Shown: piece after piece, positions 40,901-52,300 of the stretch
Position numbering within the stretch: the stretch's first letter is position 1
Layout: the number at the start of each line of letters is the position of its first letter
Assembly (NCBI GenBank): GCA_002269645.1
Contig: NIVC01000746.1
Coordinates: 1-64,000, forward strand
Direction of reading: 5' to 3'
DNA: 64,000 nt
Origin: Macrostomum lignano
Lineage: Eukaryota
Position numbers and translations under genes: made by a program
The notes under the pieces: generated by a model
Told to the model about the DNA's origin: nothing
Seen by the model: the letters and a program-made list of their open reading frames with translations, nothing else
The model's database searches: none

Positions 40901-43900
40901 TTACGCTGAGGAAGTCGGCCATGAGGGCGACAAACTCGCAGGCAGCGGCGGCAGACATGCCCAGCTCTCGCCGTGTCGCCCTATCGCCCGGCTGTCGCCC
41001 AGATTTATCGGCCAAGAACGCCAGGGACTGGAGTGGCTTGCAGAAGTGCACGTGCCACAGCATCGAGCTCAGGCCCTGCTTCAGGCAGCCAGACCCGCTG
41101 CCCAGCAGACCCATGTAAGCCAGGCAGGCTGACAGCCGGTCGCAGCGGTCCGGCTCTCGAACCCAGGCCAGCCCGGCCTCCCAGGCGCAGTTGGCGGCCA
41201 GCACGTCAAACTGCAGGCTGAGTGGGAAGGCCGCATGGGCCAGCGCGAAGTCCGCGTCCGCCGACTCGTCCAGGAAGAGGCGCTCCAGGTCCGCTGGGCC
41301 CAGGCCGGCGCCCACCAGCCGACGGGCCAGCAGCTCGCCGACCAAGCCGCGGCTGCCCTGCTCGGGTGCGGTGCCGGGAGGCGTTATCAGCTCAAAAGTG
41401 CGCAACCCTGTCCCGCTGAGCCTCGGCACATTGTACAAGGGTTCAAGGGGAGATCTTGGGTCCTATGGGAGATCTTGGGTCCAATGGGAGATATTGAGTC
41501 CAATGGGAGATCTTGGGTCCAATGGGAGATCTTGGATTCAATGGGAGATCTTGAGTCCAATGGGAGATCTTGGGTCCAATGGGAGATCTTGGGTCCAATG
41601 GGAGATTTGGTCCAATGGGAGATTTTGGGTCCAATGGGAGATCTTGGGTCCAATGGGAAATCTTGAGTCCAATGTGAGATCTTGGGTCCAATGGGGAGAT
41701 CTTGGGTCCAATGGGAGATCTTGGGTCCAATGGGAGATCTTGGGTCCAATGGGAGATCTTGGGTCCAATGGGAGATATTGAGTCCAATGTGAGATCTTGG
41801 GTCCAATGGGGAGATCTTGGGTCCAATGGGAGATATTGAGTCCAATGTGAGATCTTGGGTCCAATGGGGAGATCTTGGGTTCAATGGGAGATCTTGAGTC
41901 CAATGTGAGATCTTGGGTCCAATGGGGAGATCTTGGGTCCAATGGGGAGATCTTGGGTTCAATGGGGAGATCTTGGGTTCAATGGGAGATCCTGGGTCCA
42001 ATAGAAAGAAACAAACCTGCTCAATCATTTTAACAGACAGCGGCTCCGTATCCATGCACAGCCACAGCGATTCGGTGTCCCTCAGCTTCATAGCCAGCTG
42101 GTCCAGCTTCTCCCAAATTGCTTCATCTTCGATAAAATCGCCGCCACAGTCGATGAGCAGCAGCGTGAGCAGCAGGGCGCCCGGCGGCTGGTCGGCCGAA
42201 GCGGCCAGGCCGCACAGGCACTCCGCGGCGGCCGCAGGGGCGCCAGTTTCGGCCATAGACAGCAGGCGGAGCGCATCGGCAAACAGGAGGTGGAACCTGG
42301 CCAGCCAATCAGAGCAGAGGAAGGCCCGGCGCCAGTCCAGCAGCAGGTGGCAGGCCAGAGATTCTAGCAGGACCCCGCATCTGCCACGGACAATGTCGGA
42401 TTTGGGCATCGGGTCAAGCGGCGGCTTAATGATAATTGCAGGAGATCAGTAATGATAATAATTGCCGCAACGGGAGGCCTTGGGTCAATGGGAGATCTTG
42501 AGAGTCCAATGGTGAGATCTTGGGTCCAATGGGAGAGCTAGGGTCAATGGGAGAGTTTGGGTCAATGGGAGAGTTTGGGTCAATGGGAGAGTTTGGGTCA
42601 ATGGGAGAGTTTGGGTCAATGGGAGAGTTTGGGTCAATGGGAGAGCTAGGGTCAATGGGAGAGCTTGGGTCAAAGGGAGAGCTTGGGTCAAAGGGAGAGT
42701 TTGGGTCAATGGGAGAGTTTGGGTCAATGGGAGAGTTTGGGTCAATGGGAGAGTTTGGGTCAATGGGAGAGCTTGGGTCAAAGGGAGAGCTTGGGTCAAA
42801 GGGAGAGTTTGGGTCAATGGGAGAGTTTGGGTCAATGGGAGAGCTTGGGTCAAAGGGAGAGCTTGGGTCAAAGGGAGAGCTTGGGTCAATGGGAGAGCTT
42901 GGGTCAAAGGGAGAGCTTGGGTCAAAGGGAGAGTTTGGGTCAATGGGAGAGTTTGGGTCAATGGGAGAGTTTGGGTCAATGGGAGAGTTTGGGTCAATGG
43001 GAGAGCTAGGGTCAATGGGAGAGCTTGGGTCAAGGGGAGAGCTTGGGTCAATGGGAGAGCTTGGGTCAAAGGGAGAGCTTGGGTCTAAAGGGAGAGCTTG
43101 GGTCAATGAGAGAGCATAGATCAATAAGAGAGCTTGGGTCAATGGGAGAGCATAGATCAATAAGAGAGCTTGGGTCAATGGGAGAGCATAGATCAATAAG
43201 AGAGTTTGGGTCAATGGGAGAGCATAGATCAATAAGAGAGCTTGGGTCAATGAGAGAGCATAGATCAATAAGAGAGCTTGGGTCAATGGGAGAGCATAGA
43301 TCAATAAGAGAGTTTGGGTCAATGGGAGAGCATAGATCAATAAGAGAGCTTGGGTCAATGAGAGAGCATAGATCAATAAGAGAGCTTGGGTCAATGGAAG
43401 AGCTTGAGTCAATGGGAGAGCTTAGGTCAATCGGAGACCGAGGATGAAATCAGGTGCTGCGTCAGAGGATCATGGGTCCAACGGGAGAAGCTGAGCCAAC
43501 AATGTCGAAATGATCGAAATGGCCAATCGCAAACTAAAAACTCGCGCACCCGGTGAGCTGGTCGCACCGCAGGATGGCCAGCTGATCTTCCAGTGTCACG
43601 TGACCAGCCAGGTAGCTCTGGGCCAGAAACTCGCCTAGCCTGGCCTTGTCCTCGAGCGAGGCCTCGGCTCGGAACTGCACCCTGGCAACGAACTGCTGTT
43701 GTTGTTGCTGCTCCTGCTGCTGCTGCTCTTGCTGCTGCTGGGCCGCCTTCTCGATGACGCAGAAGAACATGTTCAGAAAGGCGGGCACGCTGAAGGGCGG
43801 CTTCAAGGCCACCGGTTCGGGCTGAAAAGTGACAGCAGATCAGAGTCGAAGTAGGAATTTACAAACTTGACCGATGAAAACGGTAACCTAGGAAAAGAAG

Positions 43901-46900
43901 CATTCAAGAGTGAGTTGCGTCGCCACAGAGTGGTTGCAGGTAGCACAAGTAAAATAAGAAAGAAGTGACTCCAGACGGCTCTAAAACGCAGTAATAAAAG
44001 ACGCCAAAAAGTCGTCAAAGAGTTGCCTAAGAGTCAATTTGAGGCGTTTTTATTGTCTGCGACTCTGAGGCCGTAGAGTCAGATCTGAGTCGTGCTGGAG
44101 TCGCTGTAGAATCACTGAGTTGCGTCTAAAGTGCATCTACATCACTTTGTGAATTAGAATATCGCATTTCGCATTGATAGCAACTCTGTTTAGTCTACTT
44201 GAGTTAGTAGAAAGTTAAGCACCAACCACAGATACTAGAATAACTAGATGGGCCACTCAACACATTTGCGTGTAAGCTACTTTCAGTTCAGTAGTAAGTT
44301 AAACTGAAGCATTTTAATGTATTTTTAAATACAAGGCTCATTTATTGGCTCTTTTACCCCCCCCCCAGCTTAAACCCTCGAACTCCACACAGAACCTCTA
44401 CCCCCGCCCCGCCGCTCAATTTTTATTACCTTCCTCTGGTATTCCAGCCTTTATCTGCCATGTACGTTTCAGGGGCTAATGTACATTACTGCTGAACCAA
44501 TTAGCAAGTTGTTTACGCCTGCAAGCTTTGGGCTTCTAAACTTATCAAAGTCATCTCAGCTGCCTTTATTCTTATAAAATAGCTTATGTTTTCTTCTTTG
44601 CTACTGAACTGAAAGTAGGAAGCTGTTTTACTTAAGTATATATGCCTGAGTGGCCCATCTAGTTACTTCTAGTATCTGTGGCGCCAATACAAACGACTCT
44701 TGAACGATTTTCTCGCGGCTTTTTCGAGATTCTGCAACTCGCGTGATGCGCTCGTGACTCAACAATCGCATCTCCGTTGCATTGCAGTCGTTTGAGTCGT
44801 TAAAAAGTCACAAGAGTCGACCCAGAGTCGCTAGAGTCACTAGTGAGCTATTTGAAATGACTTTAGTGATTCTTAGTCTAAATGTTTACATTTTTATTGA
44901 TTAACCGAGGGTTCTCGTCAGAGAGAAAAGTGTCTCTTGCTCACCGCGCAGTCGCCAGTCTGCGCGCCAGCCAATTTCTCTCCTAAGCGCGCGAACAGGC
45001 GCCCAATAGCCAGATTGACGTCATCGCCAAGCCGCTCCGGCTGAGGCAGACTAGCCAGCTCCGCGCCGCCCGGACCCGAGGCCCCGGTCTCAGCCGAGTC
45101 AGCCGTCACCGCCCGCACCAGAGTGTACGCATTCAGCAGCTCCAGCTCGCTGGCCACAAATGCGCCCAGCTTGGCGCGCTCGCCAGCCGAACTGCCCGGG
45201 AGGCACGGCGCCGCGCCACTTCCAGCGGCGCCTGTCAGCATGTCGAGCGCCTGTCTCAGACAGGCATCAAGCACGGGCTGAGTCATCTGCTTGGCGCCGA
45301 TTAGCCTGTCCACCGCCTGCTCCAGGTAGCTCACCAATCGGAACTGAGACAGCTGCTGGCGCAGACGCTGCGACTCCGCCTCGGTGAACTCGGGCGATTC
45401 ACGCAGAGTCTGGCGAAGCTGCTTCAGCAGGGCCGCGTCGTGAGTCTGCGGCGGAGTTGGCGACCAGTTGATGAGGCGATTTGAGGCTATTCGAAAGATA
45501 ACTTAGGAAGGCTTATTGAGTAGTTTAGGGCAGACTCTATGGCCAGATTGGTGCCGATTCTATGGCCAGATTGGTGCCGATTCTATGGCCAGATTGGTGC
45601 CGATTCTATGGCCAGATTGGTGCCGATTCTATGGCCAGATTGGTGCCGATTCTATGGCCAGATTGGTGCCTATTCTATGGCCATATTGGTGTCGATTCTA
45701 TGGGCAGTTTGGGACCGATTCTATGGGCAGTTTGGTGCCGATTCTATGGGCAGTTTGGTGCCGATTCTATGGGCAGTTTGGTGCCGATTTTATGGGCAGT
45801 TTGGTGCCGATTCTATGGGCAGTTTGGTGCCGATTCTTTGGCCAGATTGGTGCCGATTCTATGGGCAGTTTGGTGCCGATTTTATGGGCAGTTTGGTGCC
45901 AATTCTATGGGCAGTTTGGTGCGATTCTATGGGCAGTTTGGTGCCGATTCTATGGGCAGTTTGGTGCCGATTCTATGGGCAGTTTTGTGCCGATTCTATG
46001 GCCAGATTGGTGCCGATTCTATGGCCAGATTGGTGCCGATTCTATGGGCAGTTTGGTGCCGATTCTATGGGCAGTTTGGTGCCGATTCTATGGGCAGTTT
46101 GGTGCCGATTTTATGGGCAGTTTGGTGCCGATTTTATGGGCAGTTTTGTGCCGATTCTATGGCCAGATTGGTGCCGATTCTATGGCCAGATTGGTGCCGA
46201 TTCTATGGGCAGTTTGGTGCCGATTCTATGGGCAGTTTGGTGCCGATTCTATGGCCAGATTGGTGCCGATTCTATGGGCAGTTTGGTGCCGATTCTATGG
46301 GCAGTTTGGTGCCGATTCTATGGCCAGATTGGTGCCGATTCTATGGCCAGATTGGTGCCGATTCTATGGGCAGTTTGGTGCCAATTCTATGGCCAGATTG
46401 GTGCCGATTCTATGGCCAGATTGGTGCCGATTCTATGGGCAGTTTGGTGCCGATTCTATGGGCAGTTTGGTGCCAATTCTATGGGCAGTTTGGTGCCGAT
46501 TCTATGGGCAGTTTGGGACCGATTCTATGGCCAGATTGGTGCCGATTCTATGGGCAGTTTGGTGCCGATTCTATGGGCAGTTTGGTGCCAATTCTATGGG
46601 CAGTTTGGTGCCGATTCTATGGGCAGTTTGGTGCCGATTCTATGGGTGTATTAGTACGACTCTCCCAGAGGCCAGCAGGTGTTTCAGGGGCGGTATTTTT
46701 CTAACTTTGGAGCAACTTTCTCAAATTAACTCACCTGATAACTATTAGCATCGGTAAACGCCAGGTGATATGGCACATTAACCGCTTTAATGCTCCGATT
46801 AGAGTCCAGGAAGTAGCAATAGCCGGTAGTGTAGTGCCGCGCATTGAGACTACTCAGGCCCATCAGCGAGTGCGGGCAGTAGAGCAGTCGGCCCTGTCTA

Positions 46901-48525
46901 CTGACATTGAACGCGGCAACCCGGGGCCCGTGGCAGGCGGTCCACACTTCCAGAAGGCCGCGGCGACTGGCGTAGATGACTAGGAACAGGGCCCGGCCGC
47001 CCTTTCCGGATGTGTCCTGGGCAGCCACCCAGCCCACCTGTGGGATTCGTACCGGCGTTGCTCAAATTATGATAGTCCTAAAATGATGACTTCTAAGTGT
47101 CCTTTATTGATCCCTAAAGTACTCAGGTAGGGTAATGACTTCTAGGTGTCCTTAATTGACCCCTAAAGTACTCATGTAGGGTAATAACTTATAGGTGTCC
47201 TTAATTGACCCATAAAGTACTCAGGTAGGGTAATGACTTCTAGGTGTCCTTAATTGACCCCTAAAGTACTCAGGTAGGGTAATAACTTATAGGTGTCCTT
47301 AATTGACCCCTAAAGTACTCATGTAGGGTAATAACTTATAGGTGTCCTTAATTGACCCCTAAAGTACTCATGTAGGGTAATAACTTATAGGTGTCCTTAA
47401 TTGACCCCTAAAGTACTCACGTAGGATAATCACTTCTAGGTGTCCTTATTTGACCCCTAAAGTACTTAGGTAGAGTAATGCCTTAATTACTCTAATTGAC
47501 GTCTTAGAGTGATCAGATAGGGTCATCCCTTTCTATTATTCATTTAACAATTTCTATTATAGGTTACCTTAGTCAACCTCTGAAGGGATTACCATTTCCA
47601 GGTGGCCTTGATTAACCTTCGCTAACCCCTCGCTGCATCCAGATAGAATCACCCCAAATAAGGTGACATGGGTACACCACGAAGGGTGCATTTCAACCGG
47701 GACCGTCACCGGAAACCCACCTGAGCGCCACGGTATCCCTTCCACATGCGCAGCGCCGTGCCGTCCTCCAGACCGACGAGAGTCACCCGGCCGAACGCGT
47801 CAACGACTGCGCAGTAGCGGCCGTAGGGGCAGACGGCCACGGCCACGCCCTGGCGGCGCTTGTCCATCAGGCCGTAGCGCAGGGACAGCGGCGTCGCCGG
47901 CTCCACTTTGCGGCGATCGGCTGAGCCGTCGGTGGCATCTGGGCCGCCAGACTGAGAGGCCTGGAGGGTTGGCAGTGCGACGGGTGAGTTTAGAGACAGA
48001 CAGGCAGACAGGCAGACAGACAGACAGACAGACACACACACACACAGACAGACAGACAGACAGGCAGACAGACAGGCAGACAGGCAGACAGGCAGACAGA
48101 CAGACAGGCAGACAGACAGACAGACACACACACACACACGCACACACAGACAGGCAGACAGACGGACCTGAGAGCCGCCGCCAGTAAGCCAGGAGGCGGC
48201 GGCAGACAGCAGAGCAGACTTGACTTTGGTAGCCACAGCGAACGCCAGCTCAGTAGCGTTGGACAGCAGAGGCTGCCACTGATCCTCGGATGCGTAGAAG
48301 AAGCCAACAAAGGGTGACTGGCCGGCAGTGACGAACACAGAATAGACTGGCGGAGTCGGCCGGATGGTGGCGTAGGGCCCGCCAACCAAGCTGGCCGTGA
48401 CCAGCTGGTCGAACGGGTTGGTCCTGCGCAGGCCCAGGTTGGCGTGGTCGACGAATTCGCGCTGATCGCGGAGGGCCCACTTCTTGAAGGCCAGCTGCAT
48501 CGCTTGCTGCTGCTGATGAGGCTGC

Positions 48526-48557
<32 letters not shown>

Positions 48558-49779
48558 GACTCCAGATGCGCTTCTGGCAAGCTGACTGCGACAGGCTTTG
48601 AGAGTCTGGCAGAGTGACTGGCCATCGACCACCACCAGTGCGTCTGTGTGCAGAATGCTCAGCTCCTCTTGCTGGGGGGCGGCATGAAGAGCTTTCGTGT
48701 GATCCTGCTTACTCATTTCAAAAGGCTGGTAGCTCAGTAACTGGGGATCTGGGAGGCTGGCCCAGCAACTGAGGATCTGGGAGGCTGGTCCAGCAACTAG
48801 GGATCTGGGGGCTGGCCCAGCAACTGAGGATCTGGGAGGCTGGCCCAGCAACTGAGGATCTGGGAGGCTGGCCCAGCAACTGAGGATCTGGGAGGCTGGC
48901 CCAGCAACTGGGGATCTGAGAGGGTTCATGATTTCGAAGCAGCAATCTCTCGATTCCAGGAAAGCCGCTCACCGAGTCCCTTTCGTTGCTGTGGCTGGCA
49001 GCTCTGTACGAGTTGTACTTGAAGCCTTGCACCGGAGTGCTGTGCCAGAACTGAGTAAGAACTCGGTCTCCAGTCTGTGCAAAAGGTAAAAAAGAAATTT
49101 CTACGTTTCCAGCAAAACGTATATTTTAGCAGTGCGTTAAAGATTTCAATCTACCTCAGCAAGAAATGTCACGTGACCACTTTCATGGCCAATCATAACG
49201 CAGGTCCATTCTGGTGAGCCCTGGAGACTTCTAAAAAATTAAATGAAAACTTAAAAATGCAACTCTATTCAGACACACTGCATTTGAATTTAAAAGTTCT
49301 AGAAGACATACTGCTTATGTGTAGCCAATGGAAGACAAAGAATGCTGGTGATTGGTCCCCTGAAATTCAAAATTAAAAAATGTCTATAACTGTCTATAAC
49401 TAAAAGCAATTAATTAAAAAATTGTGGTTCATAAAAAATGCATACACAGATAGAGACTCTGCCTGAAAATGGTCAAACAGCAGTTGATAAGCAACTTCAT
49501 TTCCATCCAAGTGACCTGAAAATAGAAAATTACATAATTATTACTAAAAGAAAACTGTCAAAATATTCTTTGAGAAAAAATAATTCACTCACGTCTCAAA
49601 CAGACAATGTCGCTGCTGTTGGCAAATACAACAACATCAGCCAGTGGAGATAAAGAGTACATGATGTCTTCACATGACCAATCTATATTGAAATTGCTAG
49701 CTGCAGCATCTCCTACCAAGTCTGCAGCCTCATTTAGTTGTTCATCATCATCCCAGCTCCAGTCATTGTCCCAGGACAT
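37935..49779 (-). CDS. RAB3GAP2: Rab3 GTPase-activating protein non-catalytic subunit (p150), multi-exon
   Basis: Exons include 49779-49593, 49074-48973, 48671-48168, 47960-47721, 47037-46735, 45445-44945, then ~43821-43550, ~42430-42015, ~41430-40905, ~40560-39890 and ~38160-37935. Motifs [43 protein letters not shown] and [15 protein letters not shown] match RAB3GAP2. Confidence 0.9.
38243..38645. mobile_element. hAT-type MITE copy A
   Basis: TIR CACAGATACTAGAATAACTAG / CTAGTTATTCTAGTATCTGTG; 8-bp flanks GACAAGAC / GCCAAGAC; second copy at 44227. Confidence 0.8.
38665..38815 (+). mobile_element. SINE family 2 body fragment
   Basis: TTTGGGGCT...CCCCCAAGGCACAGAGAGTGTACATGCCTAACG...GGGCCGCTGTA shared with 21742-22097. 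Confidence 0.55.
38840..39205 (+). mobile_element. CORE-like SINE family 1 copy C, 3' body replaced by a 19-bp minisatellite
   Basis: Head GTAGCCTGGTTGTTAGAGCGTCGGACTCACGA and core CTTCAGTTCACCCAGCTGTAAAA precede the array; tail GGGCAGGTGTAATCAA resumes after it. Confidence 0.7.
38966..39166. repeat. 19-bp minisatellite (ATCTTGGGTCCAATGGGAG)n
   Basis: About 10 copies; same unit as 41448-42000. Confidence 0.95.
39270..39770 (+). repeat. Dispersed GAGTCG-rich intronic repeat family, copy 1
   Basis: Shares GAGTCGCTGTAGAATCACTGAGTTGCGTC and GCAGTCGTTTGAGTCGTTAAAAAGTCACA with 43945-44870, and the first of these, in reverse, with 53665-53910. Confidence 0.75.
40562..40890. repeat. 30-bp minisatellite (TGCTAGATTAGCGGGTATATCTATATTGGC)n in a RAB3GAP2 intron
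   Basis: Direct inspection. Confidence 0.95.
41448..42000. repeat. 19-20-bp minisatellite filling a RAB3GAP2 intron
   Basis: Unit GAGATCTTGGGTCCAATGG. Confidence 0.95.
42480..43435. repeat. 18-bp minisatellite (GGGTCAATGGGAGAGYTT)n, with a ~36-bp composite unit at the right end
   Basis: Direct inspection; source of several spurious repeat ORFs. Confidence 0.95.
43945..44870 (+). repeat. GAGTCG-rich repeat copy 2, interrupted by hAT MITE copy B
   Basis: Colinear with 39270-39770 on both sides of 44227-44680. Confidence 0.75.
44227..44680. mobile_element. hAT-type MITE copy B
   Basis: Same TIRs as 38243; flanks GCACCAAC / GCGCCAAT; the uninterrupted paralog has a single GCGCTAAC at 39613-39620. 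Confidence 0.85.
45535..46645. repeat. 23-bp minisatellite with two variants (TATGGCCAGATTGGTGCCGATTC / TATGGGCAGTTTGGTGCCGATTC)
   Basis: About 48 copies filling a RAB3GAP2 intron. Confidence 0.95.
47085..47480. repeat. ~49-bp minisatellite
   Basis: CCCTAAAGTACTC recurs about every 49 bp. Confidence 0.9.
47995..48165. repeat. (CAGR)n/(CA)n microsatellite occupying most of a ~207-bp intron
   Basis: Lies between acceptor 47961 and donor 48167. Confidence 0.9.
48735..48918. repeat. 28-bp minisatellite (ACTGAGGATCTGGGAGGCTGGCCCAGCA)n
   Basis: About 6.5 copies in intron 48672-48972. Confidence 0.9.
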
Positions 49780-50487
49780 TTCTGTGTTGAAATAAAAACA
49801 TAACATTATAATAAAATTCTTAATTACTAGTAGACCTGATATTGCTTTATTGATTATAAATGATTTTGACTCTTTCTTATTACTAAGAATAAGTATAGAC
49901 CTATTTTATCTATTTTTAAACAGTTCATTTAATATTCCTGCTTTAAAATCACTTACAAATAATACAGTATCTATTTTATTGCTAAATATGATTTTAAGTT
50001 ATAAAGCAATTAGGAAAGACAGAATAGATTTTTAATAATAATATATTCTAACATATCTAATCTAAGTATATGTACTATAGTCTATAATTTAAGAAAATCT
50101 TAGCCTATCATATTCATAGACCTAGTACACCATTTTACCTCCTATTTTGAACAAAGTCTTGTTCAAAGAAAGAAAGAAAGAAAGAAACAAGCAGAACTTC
50201 AATTCAAACATTTTAAGAAATAACAGCACTTGCGGAAATTCATTTCAAACAAAGTCCCTATCTATTGAAACAGAAGAAATTCAATTCAGACTGTCTGTGC
50301 CCAAAATTGTCCCCGGGTGATGCGCATGCACAGATTTAAAATTCAAAAGAAACAAAGTCACATTCTGTTTTGACAAAGGGATAAAACACTACATATCGAC
50401 GAACATAAGAATAAACTGAAAAACAGGAACAAGGCAGTGTCAGTTGGCCAACTTAAGACAACTAACTATCAATTGCCAGTTCTCTCT

Positions 50488-50742
50488 TCAGAGTGGCCTT
50501 CCAAAAGGAGAGCGGCCTTCCACAGGACTCAAAAATGAACTGTATGGTGGAAGCCGCTTGACCTGAATGGAGTCCAGAATCTCATTTTCTGCTGCTTTTC
50601 TGCTCTTCCTGACCTTAATCATGTATACTGTTGACCTCTTGACTCCAAGTTGGCGCGCTAGTTCCACAAAGTAATCCTCACAATCAGCAGCCCTGATGAT
50701 ACTGTCTCTGTCACTGTTGCTTAAACAATAGCTCACTGCCAA
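50488..50742 (-). pseudogene. N-terminal HTH of a Tc1-like transposase
   Basis: SNSDRDSIIRA...VELARQLGVKRSTVYMI fits the paired-like HTH (R..I......IA..LGV.RSTV..I); no DDE domain follows. Confidence 0.6.
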
Positions 50743-51107
50743 GGCTGTTGTTATATGATATCTTCATTGAATTCTGCTTCAAATTCATTGATTCCATCTT
50801 CTAGCAATTCATCATCTTCTTCAATCTTATCTTCAGCATTCATATCGTTTCTTATTGCGCAATGATTGTATAGTTATGCAGTACAGGAAAAACAAAAAGT
50901 TAGATTAATGTACTAAAAATGTACTTGTATCTAAATGTATTTGCAAAAAACTCTGTCAAAATAGAATGTGACTTTGTTTTTTTTATTTCAAATCTGCGCA
51001 TACATGTCACTCAGGGACAACTTTGGCCACAGACAATCTGAATTGAAGTTCTTCTGTTTCAATAGATAGGGACTTTGTTTGAATTGAATTTTTTCAAGGA
51101 TTGATAA

Positions 51108-51283
51108 CATACATGCGCAACCTTTGGAATCACCCGGCCGTTTCTATAGGCAACACACACATGTAAGTCGCTATTGGCTGAGAGCAGTCACGTGACTACT
51201 ATATTCTGTCCAATAGCGACTTACATGTGTGTGTGTTGCCTATAGAAACGGCCGGGTGAATCCCTAGGTTGCGCCCAAGCATG
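51108..51283. mobile_element. 176-bp palindromic hAT-type MITE nested in the Tc1 right TIR
   Basis: Starts CA and ends TG; long internal palindrome (CACCCGGCCGTTTCTATAGGCAACACACACATGTAAGTCGCTATTGG and its reverse complement); exact 8-bp TSD ATTGATAA at 51100-51107 and 51284-51291. Confidence 0.85.
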
Positions 51284-52300
51284 ATTGATAATTCTTATAA
51301 AGTGTTTGAATGGATGTTCTGCTTGTTTTTTTGAACAAGACTTTGTTCAAAATAGGAGGTAAAATGATGTAGTTGTTGTGTTTAAATTTCAATAAATATT
51401 TTCTAATCTAGTATAAATAGATTGTCAATTATTTAACTTGCCTATGAGTTGCATATATACTTTTTTCATAATTTTCTATAAAAAAGTAAAATTTAAACTA
51501 AAGACAATATATCATATAACCTATTCTTATAAATAACTAAATAATCCACTTTTCTCTATAATCAAGAATCTTTACAATTGGTATTACTAGTAAATTCAGC
51601 AGGGTAGTTAAAATGGAATTCTTAATGGACTGAAAATCAGCTGATCCTTGCTTTTAATTAAATAGTACTATTTATATTTAATTAACAAGAGAAACTTACC
51701 AGCATTTTCTCCCACATTAGCAATAGATTCATCGTCATTACTACCCTTTATGATTTGGCCAAAGGTAGTGTTATGAACAGCAACTGTACTTGAGATTGAT
51801 GCAATAGACTGTAGGGTGGCCATATTTCAAATAGTTTCACTTGAAATTTTATGGTCACTGTCAAACAATAAGATCGTTAGATATAGATCATTAACACCAG
51901 TTAGTCACTAATACTGTGTTTTCTTCAATATACTTATTTATCTTACGTTCTAGTGCAGTACTGTTTTATTGATAAGACAAGTATTAACTGAATTTAAAAT
52001 AAACAGACAGTTTGTTCAGGGCAGTTTTGCCAGTGTGCTTGATAATACTTTATTTCTAAGAAAATGAAAAACTAAATGTGTAAATAAAAGGAACCACGTT
52101 GTAAACGCTTTATGCGTAACAGCATTAGTAAAATTTAAAAATGAAATGCAGAGTGAAACACATACCACATGATTATTGTTAAAATAGCATTAAATTGACT
52201 ACGATACTCTTATCTTTGTGCTTAAGCACAACTCGATGATTTTAAAGGTAGTCAACTGTTTCGTGTTCTTAACACATCTGTTACAACCTGTTTTTGATCT

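Larger units (their letters stand above)
50128..51369 (-). mobile_element. Tc1/mariner-type deletion derivative with ~250-bp imperfect TIRs and TA flanks
   Basis: Left arm CACCATTTTACCTCCTATTTTGAACAAAGTCTTGTTCAAA mirrors right arm TTTGAACAAGACTTTGTTCAAAATAGGAGGTAAAATGATG; TA at 50126 and 51370; internal HTH ORF. Confidence 0.75.

Noticed and set aside
41443-46748. 200-410-aa repeat ORFs (TQALPL, MGEFGS, WCRFYGQ and similar)
   Set aside because: Open in several frames because the minisatellite units lack stops; they lie inside RAB3GAP2 introns.
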